Shown: positions 27,781-41,270 of the stretch, piece by piece
Numbering within the stretch: the stretch's first letter is position 1
Layout: the number at the start of each line of letters is the position of its first letter
NCBI RefSeq assembly: GCF_009914755.1
Contig: NC_060935.1
DNA: 64,000 nt
DNA from: the human T2T-CHM13v2.0 reference genome, Homo sapiens
Reading direction: 5' to 3' (one strand)
The notes under the pieces: generated by a model
The model's input: only the letters and a program-made list of their open reading frames with translations
The model's database searches: none
What the model was told of the DNA's origin: nothing
Program-made: the position numbers and the translations under genes

Positions 27781-29448
27781 TGGGAGAAACTGGCCAAACA
27801 CAGTGGCTACAGGACCCATGCAAGTCTGAAAGCCAATAGGGCAGGCATTAAACCTTAAAGTTCCAAAACAATCTCCTTTGACTCCATGTCTCCCAAGGCC
27901 TTAGGCAGCTCTGACCCTGTGGCTTTGCAGGGTACAGCCCCCCTCCCAGCTGCTTTCACAAGCTGGTGTTGAGTGTCTATGGCTTTTCCAGGCACCAGTG
28001 CAAGTTGTCAGTGGATCTACCATTCTGGAGTGTGGAGGATGGTGGCCTTCTTCTCACAGCTCTATTAGGCAGTGCCCCAGTAAGGACTCTGTGTTGTGGC
28101 TCCAACTCCATATTTCCCCTCTGCACTGCCCTAGCAGAGGTTCTCCATGAGGGTTCCACCCCTGAAATACACCTCTGCCTGGACATCATGCATTTCCGTA
28201 TCTTCTCTGAAATCTAGGCAGAGGATCCCAAACCTCAATTCTTGACTTCTGTGCACCTGCCAGACCAACACCACATGGAAGCTACCAAGGCTTAGGGCTT
28301 GAACCCTCTGAAGCCATGGCCCGAGCTGTAACTTGTCCCCTTTAGCCACAACTGGAGCAGCTGGGATGCAGTGCACACAGCAGGGGTCCTTAGACCCGCC
28401 CCAGGAAACTACTTTTCCCGCCTAAGCCTCTGGGCCTGTGATGGGAGGGGCTGCCATGAAGGGTTCTTACATGCCCTAGAGACATTTTTCCCTTTGTCTT
28501 GGAGATTACCTTTTGGTTTCTCATTACTTATGCAAATTTCTGCAGCCAGATTGAATTTCTCCCCAGGATTTTTTTTAAATCACATCATCAGGTTGCCAAT
28601 TTTCCAAACTTTTATGCTCTGCTTCCTCTTGAATGCTTTGCCACTTAGGAATTTCTTCAGCCAGATGCCCTAAATCATCTCTCTGAACTTCCAAGTTCCA
28701 TAGATCTCTAGGGCAGAGGCACAATGCTGCCAGTCTCTTTGTATAGCAAGAGTGACTTTTACTCCAGTTCCCACAAGTTTCTCATCTCCATCTGAGACTA
28801 CTTCAGCCTGGACTTTATTGTCCATATCCCTATCAGCATTTTGATCAAAGCCATTTAACAAGTCTCTAGGAAGTTCCAAACTTTCCCACATCTTCCTGCC
28901 TTCTGAGCCCTCCAAGTCTCTAGGAAGTTCCAAACTTTACCACATTTTCCTGCCTTCTTCTGAGCCCTCCAAACTGTTCTAAACTCTGCCTGTTACCCAA
29001 TTCCAAAGTCGCTTCCACATTTTTGGGTATCTTTACAGCAATGCCTCACTACCTGGCACCAATTTACTATGTTAGTCTGTTCTCATGCTGCTAATAAAGA
29101 CATACCTGAGACTGGGTAATTTACAAAGGAAAGAGATTTAATTGACTCACAGTTCTGCAGGGCTGATCAGCCTCAGGAAACTTACAATCATGGCAGAAGG
29201 GGAAGCAAACAGGTTCTTCTTCTCCTTCTTTGTGTGATGGCAACAAGGAAAAGTGCAGACTGAAGCGGGGAAAAAGCCCCTTATAAAACCATCAGACCTC
29301 AGGATAACTCACTATCATGAGAACAGCATGGAGGTAACTGCCCCCATGATTCAGTTACCTCCCACTGGGTACCTCCCACAACACGTGGTGATTATGGGAA
29401 CTACAATTCAAGATAAGATTTCGGTGGAGACACAGCCAAACCATATCA
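27781..29448 (-). mobile_element. THE1 (MaLR) internal region plus one LTR (about 29068-29448); other LTR missing
   Basis: THE1-int motifs and LTR ends ttagtctgttctcatgctgctaataaagacatacc...ccaaaccatatca. Confidence 0.9.
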
Positions 29449-31200
29449 GTCATGATCAATGATATTTTAATGTGTTGTTGAATTCAGTTTGCTAGCATTT
29501 TCTTGAAGTTTTTTTTAATAAATATTCATCAGATATGTGAGCCAGTAGTTTTGTTTTTCTGATATGTCTTTCTCTGGTTTGGTATCAGGATAATACTGGC
29601 CTCATAGAATGAGTTTGGATGTATTCCCTCCTCCACTATTTTTTGGAATAGTTTGAGTAGGATTGGTATTAGTTCTTTAAATGTTTGGTAGAATTCAGTA
29701 GTAAAAATGTTGATTTCATTACTTATTGGTCTGTTCAGGTTTTGGATTTCTTCTGATTCAATTTGGTTGGTTGTATGTATCTAGGAATTTGTCCATTTCT
29801 TCTAGAGTTTCCAATTTATTGGTATATAGTTCCTCCTATTAGCCACTGATGATCCTTTCATTCTCTGCAGTGTCAGTTCTAATGTCTTCTTTTTCATTTC
29901 CAATTTTATTTATTTGAATCTTCTCTCTTTTTTCTTAGTCTGACTAAAGGCTTGTCAATTTTGTTTAACTTTTCAAAAAAACCAACTTTTTGTTTCATGA
30001 ATCTTTTGTATTTTTTAATTTCAATTTCATTTATTTCTACTCTGGTCTTTATTATTTCTCTTCTGCTAATTTTGGGTTTGGTTTGCTCTTGTCTTTCTAA
30101 TTCTTTTAAGATGCATTGTTAGTTTGTTCATTTGAAGGTTTTTTAAAGGTAGACACTTACAGCTATAAACTTCTGTCTTAGTACTGCTTTTGCTATATCC
30201 CATAGGTTTTGGTATATTGTATTTCCATTCTATTTGTCTCAAGAAATTTTTCAATTTTCTTCTTAATTTCTTCATTGACCCACTGGTCATTTAGGTGCAA
30301 TTCAGGAGCATATTGTTTAATTTCCATGTATTTGTATAGTTTCCAATGTTCCTCTTCTTACTGATTTCTAGTTTTATTCCATTATGGTCAGAGAAGATGC
30401 TTGCCATTATTTCATTTTTTAAAAATGTTTTATGGCTTGTTTTGGAACCTAACATATGATGAGAATGATCCATGTGCTGAGAAGATCAATGTGTATTCTG
30501 CAACTCTTGGATGAAGTGTTCTGTTAATATTTACTAGATTCGTTGGTCTGTAGTGCATATTAAGTCTTATGTTTCTTTGTTGATTTTCTATCTGGGAGAT
30601 CTGTCCAGTGCTGAAAGTGGGGTGTTAAAGTCTGCAGTTACTATTGTATTGAAGTCTATCTCTCTTTTTAACTCTAATAATATTTCCTTTATATATCTGA
30701 GTGCTCCAGTGTTCGGTGTATACATATTTAAAATTATTATAGCCTCTTGCAGACTTGATCTCTTTATCATTATGTAGTGATATAATAATATCACTTCTTC
30801 TTTGCCTCTTCTAGTTTTTGTCTTGAAATCTATCTTGTCTTATATAAGTACAGCAACTCCTGCTTTTTTTTGGTTTTCATTGGCATGGAATATCTTTTTT
30901 CATCTCTTCATTTTCAGTCTATGTGTGTCTCTGTAGGTGAAGTATGTTTCTTGCAGGCAACAGATCAATGAGTCTTGTATTTTCATCCACTCAGCCAGTC
31001 TATGTCTTTTGATCAGAGAGTTTAGTCCATTTACATTCAATGTTATTATTGATAAGTAAGGACTTATTCCTGCCATTTTGTTATTTTTTTTCTGGCTTTT
31101 TTTTGGTCTTCTCTTTATTCTTTATTTCCTTTCTGTCTTCCTCTAGTGAAGGTGACTTTCTCTGGTGATATGATTTAGTTTCTTTCTTGCTTTTTATATA
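29449..31200 (-). mobile_element. Second L1MA ORF2 fragment
   Basis: EN-domain peptides at 30066..30794(-); covers L1 positions overlapping those of 25300-26590. Confidence 0.85.
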
Positions 31201-34200
31201 TTTTAGTTTCTATTTTGCTACACCTTTTCTTCTTTCTGATTTTTTTTTTGTGTTTTTTTTGTCTACTATTTTAAGTTGGGTGTATTGGTTATTTCTTTTT
31301 TCTTTTTATGTATATTTAATACTATGAATTTTTCTCTGAAAAATGCCTTAGCTATATTTTATAATTTCTGATATTTTATGTTTCCCTATACTTGCTATTA
31401 AAAAATTCTGCATTTTTGTCTTAAATTTTTCTGTTGATGTAAGAGTTGCTAAATAGTATGTTGCTACATTTCCAGCTTGCAGTGCTTTTTTGGATTGGTT
31501 TTCAGCATCTAGTTTATTGCACTGTAGTAAGTGAATATTGCTTATGTTAATTCTATTTTTGGAAGTTATCAAGTATTTGTTTGAGGCATTGCAAAGGTTT
31601 CTCAAGTTCAGATATTTGAAAGAGCCACCAGACTTCATAGAACACACTTATTCTCTTTGGAACATATAAATTCATACAGCATACTTAATAAGGTCTTTAT
31701 TTAAAGATAAAAGACTGCAGCAAATGAAACAGTGCAGACAAATACTGGGAGATCTGAGAGAAATCCCATGCACAAATTCTGCAGTCCTTTTTTTGCACAG
31801 AGACTGCACTCTGTCTTTGGACTGTGCAATCACAATCTGTGTGGGGAATCTTGGCTTCAGGAAACATCAAAGAGTTACAACATTTCAGTCAGACAAGACG
31901 AATAAATTCCAGAGATCTATTGTACAGCATAGTAACTATTGCTAATGACAATGTAGTTTATACTTACGAACTGCTAAAAGTAGACCTTAAATGTTCTAAT
32001 GACAAAACATAACAAGTATATGAGGCAGATATGTTAATTTGATTTAACCATTTCACAATTTATATATATATCCAAATATCATATTGTACTATCTTCCTAT
32101 CTTTCTTCATGATGTGATGATTTTTTGTAGTGATATGCCTTGATCCCTTTATCTTTGTCTCTGTGTGTGTGTGTGTGTGTATCTACTACAGACTTTTTCT
32201 TCCTGGTTACCACAAGGCTTACATAAAACATATTATCATTAGAACCGCCTATTTTAATCAGATGAAATCTGAACTAGCTGCATACAAAAACTCTACACTT
32301 TACCTTCTTCTTCCCTCACATTATATTTTATTGATGCACAATTTACATCTTTTATATATTGTTTACTAATTAACAAATTATTGTACTTATAGTTGTTTTT
32401 AATGTCATTGTCTTTTAACTTTTTACTAGAGTTAAAACTGATTTATGCACTACCAATACAGTATTAAAGTATTCTGAATTTGACTATATTCTTACTTTTA
32501 TAGTGAGATTTATACTCTCATATGTTTTTATGATGTTAGAATCCTTCTCTTTCAATTTAAGGCATTCTCTTTAGCACTTTTTCTAGGGCAGGTCTACTGG
32601 TGATAAACTCCCACAGCTTCTGTTTCTGGGAAAGTCTTTATCTCCCCTTCATTTCTGAAGGACAGTTTTGCTGAGTATAGTATCTTTGGTTGACAAGTAT
32701 TTTTTTCTTTCAGCATTTTAAATATATCATCCCACTCTCTCCTGGCCTGCAAGTTTTCCACTGAGACTATCACTAATAGTCTTACAAAGGATCCCTTCTA
32801 TATGATGAGTTTATTTTCTCCAAATGCTTTCAAAATTTTCTGTCTTTTACTTGAGAATTTGATTACAATGTGGTCATAGAAGGTTTTTTGTATTTAAACC
32901 TTTGTTCTTTGGGATTTGTGGATCTGATGTTTACTTCTCCAGATTTGTGAAGCTTTCTATCATTATTTCTTTAAAAAAAAAAAAAAGGCTTTCCATCTTT
33001 TTCTCGTGCTCTGCTTTCTAGGACTCCCATAACATGTGAATTAATTTCCTTGCCAGTGTCCTATATGTTCTGTAGGCTTTCTGCATTCTTTTTAATTCCT
33101 TTTTCTTTTTGTTTTTCTGATTAGGTAATTTCAAATGACCTGTCTTCAAGATTACCAATTATTTATTCAGCTTGATTGAGTCTGCTATTGAAGCTCTCAA
33201 TTCAACTTTTTATTTCAGTCATTGTATTCTTCAGTTCTAGAATTTGTGTTTGGTTCTTTTTAAAGGTTTTTATCTCAGTTGAAATTCTCATCTTGTTCAT
33301 GTATTGGGTTTTCCTGATTTTGTTTAGTTCTGTGTTCTCTTGTAACTCAGTTTTTTAAAGATAATGATTTTAAATTATTTTTCAGACAGTTCATAGATCT
33401 CCATTACTTTAGGGTCATATACTGACACTTCTTTTTTTCCCTTTGCTGGTGTTATTATTATCTTTCATGATTCTTGTGGCCTTATGTTGGTGTTTGTACA
33501 TTTGAAGAACTATGCACTTCTTCCAGTCTTTACAGACTGGCTTTGGCCAGTAAAGCCCTTTACCAGTTAACACATATAAGGATTCTCGGTATGCTGCCTG
33601 GCAGGGTCTATGAGCAGGCTTATTACATGAGTCCTCAGGAGAGCTGGCTGGTGCCTAGGTTAGCAAGTGGAAGATCTTGGTGCCGGGTTGGTGCCTGGGT
33701 TATCAAGTGGAAGATCTTAGTGCCTGAGTCCAAGAGGGCTGGCCTAACAATGAGGTGAGCCAGGTGCCTGGGTCCACAGGAATTGGCCTTGTCCTGAGTC
33801 TGCTGGCCTTATGCCAGGGTCCACTGGGGCATGCCCGGTGCCTGGGTCTACAAGCATGGGACTGGAGCCTAGGTTCATGGAGGCCATTCTAGCACTGGAG
33901 TGGGCAATAAGCCTAAGCCCATAGTGGTGGATCTAGGTTCTGATCTGAAGGTATCATGTTGAAATCTGGTCTGGAAGGGTGATCCTGGAGACTAGGTTCA
34001 TGTGGACCAGTCCAGTGCTGAGGTCTCAAGTGGCCTTATACCCTGGATCCACTGAAGCAGGCCTGGAACTTGGTGCCACTGAAAGCTAGGGCTATAGGAG
34101 TCAGCCTGGCATTGGAGTGGACCTGGAGCCTGAGCCTGTGGGAGCTTGCATAGAGCCTGAGTCCACAGGGGCTAATATGGCATTGGGGCAAACCTGGAGC

Positions 34201-34900
34201 ATGGGGTTGCAGGTGGTAGCCTGGAGTCTGGGTCTGCAGGGAGTAGCCTGAGTCCTGAGGCCACAAGGGAAAGTCTATAGTCTGGATGTTGGGGGACAGA
34301 CTGATGGTTGGCTCTGTGGGTGCAAACCTGGAGCATAGGTCCATGGGGGCTGGCCCAGAGCCTGAAGCCATGGAGGAGAGCCTGATACTGGGGTTGACGG
34401 GGGTAGGGGGAGTGGCTCATACAAGGTCTGCGGTGACACTGGGTGTTTATTTCACTCTCTTTACCCCATGCAGAGGGTATCTTTCTCCATGTTGTACTGC
34501 CTGGGCTTGGGGGAGGGGTGATATGGGTAATGCGAGACTATTCTTCCTATTCTCTTCAATCCATCTTTTCTTATTTGTGTACTCCACTAAGGTTCTATAA
34601 TCTCTCACCTGAATTCCTTAGCTCTTGTCAAGGTGTTTTCATGGATGGATAGTTGTTTAAATTGATGCTTTTGCAAGTGGTGATCATTTGAGTGTCCTAT
34701 ATGGTCATCTTGCTAGTCACTTTTCCATTAGGTTCTTTTTAATACATTCTATTTCTCTGTTAAAATTATTTATATTTTCATTTTGCCCATTTTTTTCTCT
34801 CATTTAATATATCTTAATAGTTATTTTAAAGTCATCATGTTATAATTTCAACATCTGGTCTGCTTCTATTACCTATTTTTTCCTGCTTCTTCATATGTCA
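31200..34900 (-). mobile_element. Old L1M fragments (ORF1 and 5' region with degenerate GC-rich tandem motifs at about 33570-34400)
   Basis: ORF1 antisense motifs (tttctgaaggacagttttgctg, ttcttcagttctagaattt) and gcctggagcctgggtcc-type repeats. Confidence 0.65.
32162..32180. repeat. (TG)n microsatellite
   Basis: Direct reading. Confidence 0.9.
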
Positions 34901-35248
34901 CATAAATTCTTATTATATTCCCAACATTGTAGAAGGCATTATCTTCCCCTAGAGAGAGCACACTCCTTTCTTTGTGAAGCAGATACATGGAGGAATTCGT
35001 CACCAAGATCACATCAGATTTGAGCAGGGTCAGGACTATTTTGAAGCTTTGGTTGGTTTAAGTTCAAAAAGTCTCTCTGTCTATGGCAAATCTGTTCTTC
35101 TATTAACTGTGAAAAGTCTTGGCAGATATCTTTAAAGTTCCTGTTCATCTCTGCTCACCTTAGAAGGGGGTCTTCCTTTCTGGAATTTGAGTTTCTTTTT
35201 ATTCTGAATCCACACACCTCTCATATCATTTTAAAATATTTGACTATT

Positions 35249-35425
<177 letters not shown>

Positions 35426-35769
35426 AAATATTTGACTATTATTTTATCCACCTTTCTGGTTATTTCAAAGGCACGCATTGTTTCCAACAACTCTCCACAT
35501 TATAACCAAGAGCCAGAAGTCACAGTATTCATTTCTGAAACGTTTTCTACAAGTATTTTCAAACATATCTCTTACAGTGTTTTTTTTTTTGTTTTCTAGC
35601 CATCTCCATTCTAAGCTTTTCTATATATTTTTCTCAAATTGTATTTAACACAGCCAAACTCTAAGCTAAATCATATACTTTAGATTGATTATAGTTTGAT
35701 TGAAGAGTTACTGTTTCTAATACTACAAAGAATGTCTTTTTTCTGAACTACTTGCTAATGATACAAGTT

Positions 35770-36910
35770 AATAATACAATGCCTCATTATTTCTGAACTC
35801 TTTCCTATGTGTTCCCTAAAAACAGAGATATTTTTTCTTATAACCACAATACAATCATCACAATCACAAAATTAGTATTGACAAATTACTATCATGTAAT
35901 CCACAGACCCCATCCAAGTTTTATCAATTTCCCAGTAATATTTTTCATAGCAAAATAATTCAATCTAGGATCATGATATTGCATTTATTTGCAATGTCTC
36001 TTTAGTCTCCTCTAATCTGGAATAGGTTCACAGTCTTATTTTCATGGCTTTAATACTTTTAAAATTATAAGCTGGTATTTTACATAATTCCCCTCAAACT
36101 GGGCCTGCACAACATGTCTGCATGATTAGATACAGATAATAGGTCTTTGACAAAAATTTCGCCGAAGTGGTGCTGTGTTCTCAGTGCATTCTATCTAGGG
36201 GCACATAATTTTATCTCTTTACTAGTGATGTTAATTAATTACAATTAAAATTATTTATCTTCTGTAAAATTACTCATTTTCCCTTTGTAATTGCTAACTA
36301 TTTTCTGGTGAGGTTCTCAGACTTTGTGAATGTCCCAGTATCTTTCCATTTTCACCAACAAGTTTTATCACTTACTAGTTTTATCATCTGTTAACACTAA
36401 TAAGTTAGTGATAATCTTAGCATTTTTGCCTGAATTAATGAATTATTTCTTAGCATTTTTGTCAGATGGTGATTTTCCAATTTCAATACTCCTTCAGTGT
36501 TTATTAGATGGAATCTAATTTATTAGTTGGCAATCTACTGTAAGGAAAAGTTTTCTCCTCTCCTTATTTACCTATTTGATTACATAAGTATAATCATTCC
36601 TATTTTGTTCAATGAGTCATATTGATCATTATAACATTTATTTTGATGCTCAATTTTGGCCAGTGAGAGTCCCTTTAAGCTTGATTCAATATCCTTTCAG
36701 CATTTCCACCATTCTTTGAACACTTCCTTATTTCAGCCCTGGCCTAAATATTCCAGGCTCATTTTGTATTTTCCCTGCAAGGAGCCCTACCTACTTCTTC
36801 TTAATGGGAAAGGATATTTAGAAACGAAAATACAGGTGCTAGGTGTGCCCATTGCTATTGCGGTGTTACTGCTCTATGTCCACTCCATGTTCAAAGCTAG
36901 ATAATACATG
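35770..36910 (-). mobile_element. Old L1MC/ME 3' fragment
   Basis: ttccctaaaaacagagatattt...cacaatac, atcatgatattgcattt motifs. Confidence 0.6.
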
Positions 36911-36934
36911 TACATACAGAAACATTATATTCTC

Positions 36935-37238
<304 letters not shown>

Positions 37239-37768
37239 TTATATTCTCTGATAATCTCAGTCTTTATACAAAGCTCAATTTTGTTTCTACTAACAGTTCC
37301 TTTCTTCCTAAGGATCAAGCTCTATTTTGTGAAAGGAATTTTAGTGACATATTTCCATATATCTGAGATATCCAAGGGCTTGGGGAACCCTGGTTCCCTG
37401 ATTTTGTCTATGGCATGTTCCCTTTGCTATCCTAGTGTTACATGTTTTTGTAAAAGGGTTTACAGAGCTTCATAAACTATACTGCTGCCTCCAATATGTC
37501 CTAATTGAAAGTTCAGAGTACTATGTTGATAGCTCTAAGCAAAGCCTTTTAAAATCAACCCAAGAATTCTAAGGCAGTCAACTTCAGCCTTCATGACTCA
37601 CAGCCTCTTTTCAGTTGCTGTTCACAGCAATTGGGAGTTGTTTCCCCTGACTGAGGGCCAGGAGGCAGGGTAACCTGGCATTAAAAACACAATATATAAG
37701 CAAATAGTACACTAAAAGCCCAGACTAATATATTTCATGTGACACAACTGCACTTGTATCCATAAATC

Positions 37769-38076
37769 CACACACACACACACACACACAAATTTTTGCG
37801 ATGGTGTCTCACTGTCACCCAGGCTGGAGTACAGTAGTACAATCACAACTCACTGCAGACTCAATCTCCTGGGCTCAAGCTATCCTTCCACCTCAGCCTC
37901 TCAAGTAGCTGGGACTACAGTGCATGCCATCATGCCCAGTTAATTTTTGTATTTTTTGTAGGGATCGGGCTTCATCATATTGTTCAGGTTGGTCTTTAAC
38001 TCCTGAGCTCAAGCAATTCACCCGTCTTGGCCTCCCAAAGTGCTGGGATTACAGGCATGAGCCACCAGGCCCGGCC
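37769..38076 (-). mobile_element. Old Alu (AluJ-like) with adjacent (CA)n at 37769-37790
   Basis: ctcctgggctcaagc diagnostics; ends ...cccggcc. Confidence 0.85.
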
Positions 38077-38149
38077 AAGAGAAAAAAAAATTAAGAAAAG
38101 TAAAAATAAAATTTTCAATTAATTATGGATCATTTAAATTATACACAGA

Positions 38150-38715
38150 GAAGGGCAGAGCAAGATGGTAGAAAAGAAGCCTACAGCATTTGTCCCTCTA
38201 GTAGGATCACCAAATTTTAACAACTACGTGCACACAGAAAAGCATCATCACAAGAACAAAAATCAGGTTGTTCGAACAATCACAGTACCTGGTTTTAACT
38301 TTATATCACTGAAAGAGGCATTAAAGAGGGTAGAAGAGACAGCCTTGAATTGCTGAAACTACCATTCTCCCATCCTCTGGCAGTAGCCATGTAGCACAGA
38401 GACCCTGTGCACTTGGGGGAGTGAGATCGCAGCAACTGGGTGACTTCACATTGAACTCAGTGCTGTCCTGTCACAGAGGAGAGTAAAGCCATGCTGGGCT
38501 TAGCCAGCACTTGTGTACAGAGGGAACAATTTGGACCAGCCATAGCCAGAGGGTAATCACCCATCCCAGAAGCTAGAACTTGAGTTTCTCCGCAAGCCTT
38601 GTCACTGCAAGCCAAAGTGCTTTGGGGTCCTAGGCAAAACTGAAAGGCAGTCTAGGGACACAAGGACTGCACTTCCTAGGGAACTCTGGTGCTGGGCTGG
38701 GCTCAGAGCCAGTAA
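38150..38715 (+). mobile_element. L1MA-type 5'UTR fragment
   Basis: agagcaagatgg start and L1MA 5'UTR motifs (cacagtacctggttttaact, ttgaactcagtgct). Confidence 0.6.
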
Positions 38716-39429
38716 ATACCATGAATCATTGCATTTTTAGAACCTACTGCCAGCATCTTCATTCTGTCCATTTAAACTAATTAATCAACCCTGCATGAAA
38801 GAATCTACTTTCTATTTCTCAAGATGTTAAAGTACAGTATTCATCCAAATATTATAAAATTTGGGAGAAATCTCATCATACATATATTGAAAATATTTTT
38901 AAATTTATTTGTAGATTTAAATATTTAATTCTACTTATATAAATACAACATTACACAAACTAATGAGCAGTCATAATCCTGGATATCAATAGGGATGAGA
39001 CCAATCCTGGGATAATATTACATATGTGTGTATATAATTATAAGCTAAAAAAATACATATCATAGTGTCTGTAGAGTCTAATACATAGGATGGCTAAAAT
39101 CATTTTTAGAACGTAAAGCAAAAGTCAACCAATAATAATTCTGGGATTAATTATTGTTATTTCATAACATTATTTTTGTTAAGAAAACTACAGTGATGAT
39201 CTCAAACTCTTATCTCTCCTTAACATTTTTTGTTACAGGGCTGTGCCAATCGATTAAAAACAATCAGCTTTTATCAATGAGTACGTAGAATACGAGGTGA
39301 TATTTGAATATTTTTGAGGACTGGGCATCCCTCACATGCTGTCTTAATTCATTTTCTATCACTGCAACAGAACTGGGTAATTTATAGTGAACAGAAATGT
39401 ATTCAGCTCATGGTTCTGGAGTTATCTTT

Positions 39430-40450
39430 GTTATTAATAATTTAATTGCACTCTGGTCTGAGAACACATGTCTATGTGATTTGAGGTCTTTGAAATTTAT
39501 TGAGATTTTCTTTATGTCCCAAAATGTGGTCTGTTTTTGTGAGTATTCAATGTGCACTTAGAAAAAAATATGTTCTACAGTTGCTAGATTCATATTTTAA
39601 ATAAGTCAGTTTGGTCAACTTTCTAAGATATGGTCTTCAAAGCATCTGTATCCTTACTTTTTTATTGCTTATTTTATCTATTACTGAGAGAGCATGTAAA
39701 AATCTTCAAAAGATAAATTGTCTATTTCTCCTTTTAGTTCTGCCAATTTTTGCTTTTTATATTTTGAGGCTATGTTATTAGGTGCATGGAAGTTTAGAAC
39801 TGTTATATATTTTTGATAAATTGATCTTTTTATCATCATGAATTACCCATATATTCATCTCTGGTAATGCTTTCAGCCTTTAATGTCTACAGTTTTGCTA
39901 TGAATATAACTACAAGGTTTTATGATAGTGTTTATATACTGTATTTTTGCAGTCCACTTACATTCAACTTTGGTATCCTTATACTGTGTCTTATGTAAAC
40001 AGTATATGCTGTTTTTAAAGTTTTAGTCTGTCTCATATTTAAATTGGAATATTTAGCTTATTACTGATATATTCAAGTTTAAATATAACATATTAGTACT
40101 TATTATCTATTTATCATACTTATTTGGTGTTTACTGTTCTCTTCCTTCTTGTCTTTTTTTGGATTAAGTATCTTTTTTTTTGTTATCCCAGTATCCCCCT
40201 TCTCTTTGCTTTGGAATTATCAAATATTTTACTATTTTTCCAATGGTTACTCTTGTTACTTTTCCAATGGTAACTCTCATATAAGTTAGTACTTTTACTG
40301 TATCTTGGATAATAAGAGGACCCCAAAATATCTTAACTCCATTTATTTTTCCAAGTAATATTATATTATTGTCATGTATTTTAATTTTATATACATTTCA
40401 AACCCCACAGAACATTATTTTTATGTATTAAAATTCATGCAGATTTTTCT
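39430..40450 (-). mobile_element. Old L1M ORF2 (EN) fragment
   Basis: tgcactctggtctgagaac, tattttgaggctatgttattaggtgcat motifs. Confidence 0.65.
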
Positions 40451-41270
40451 CATATTTTTCTTTAAATTTTTATAGAAATAAACACTGAACCATGCATTCT
40501 TAATGAAATGAAATTTAGAGATTATTCATAAATATTTTACTAATTTTTAAAACTTTCTACACAAAGCAATCACCATGTAAGTTTCATCTCTCAGTTGTGC
40601 AGTTGTTTTCATTTTCGTATGTCCTAGAAAATGTGAATCTTCTTCATTTGTAGGGGCAAGGCACACAGGATTTTACCTATAACTGGATATCTGCTTCAAA
40701 AGTGGTAGTGTTATAATTTCTTTTATCACATCTCTTAAAGCTGTAATTATAACTCCCTTACATCATTTGATTTTTTAATAAAAGGAATATTAAACAGTAA
40801 ACGTTTCACATGAAGTTTACAGGTATCAAGTATTCTGTTTGCTGTAATAACCTGAACCTTATATTTCTGAGAAAAATACACATAGATCTTGAAGTTATAT
40901 GCTTGAGATAAATAGTTAAAATTACAATTAGTTATTTCTATTTTTATCAATAAATAGAAAAATTATGATAGTAATATTAAGAAGACTTAATATCTATAAA
41001 GGGAAATTTGACCAGGAGTCTCCTCTTATGATGGATTCATAGATGTTTTATGTTTTGGGTTCTTTTTGCTCCTTTGTATATTTCATGTTTTGAAAATAAG
41101 GATAGGTTTTTCTTTTCATGCTTCAAAATCTAATAAAAGAATATAAAAAGGCATGGCACTAAACTACATCTAAACAAAGATGGCTTGGTTACTTGCAGTG
41201 TCAGAATTAAGTTTTTTTCCGAGGAGAATGTTTAGTGTTATTTCCAGACACAACATTGCTGGGAAATTTT

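Noticed and set aside
28860-28975. Direct duplication tctaggaagttccaaacttt...ctgagccctccaa
   Set aside because: I recall this as a feature of THE1 internal sequence, not locus-specific.
33570-34400. Degenerate GC-rich tandem motifs, superficially array- or CRISPR-like
   Set aside because: Irregular period with no repeat-spacer structure; typical of old L1M 5' regions in mammalian DNA.
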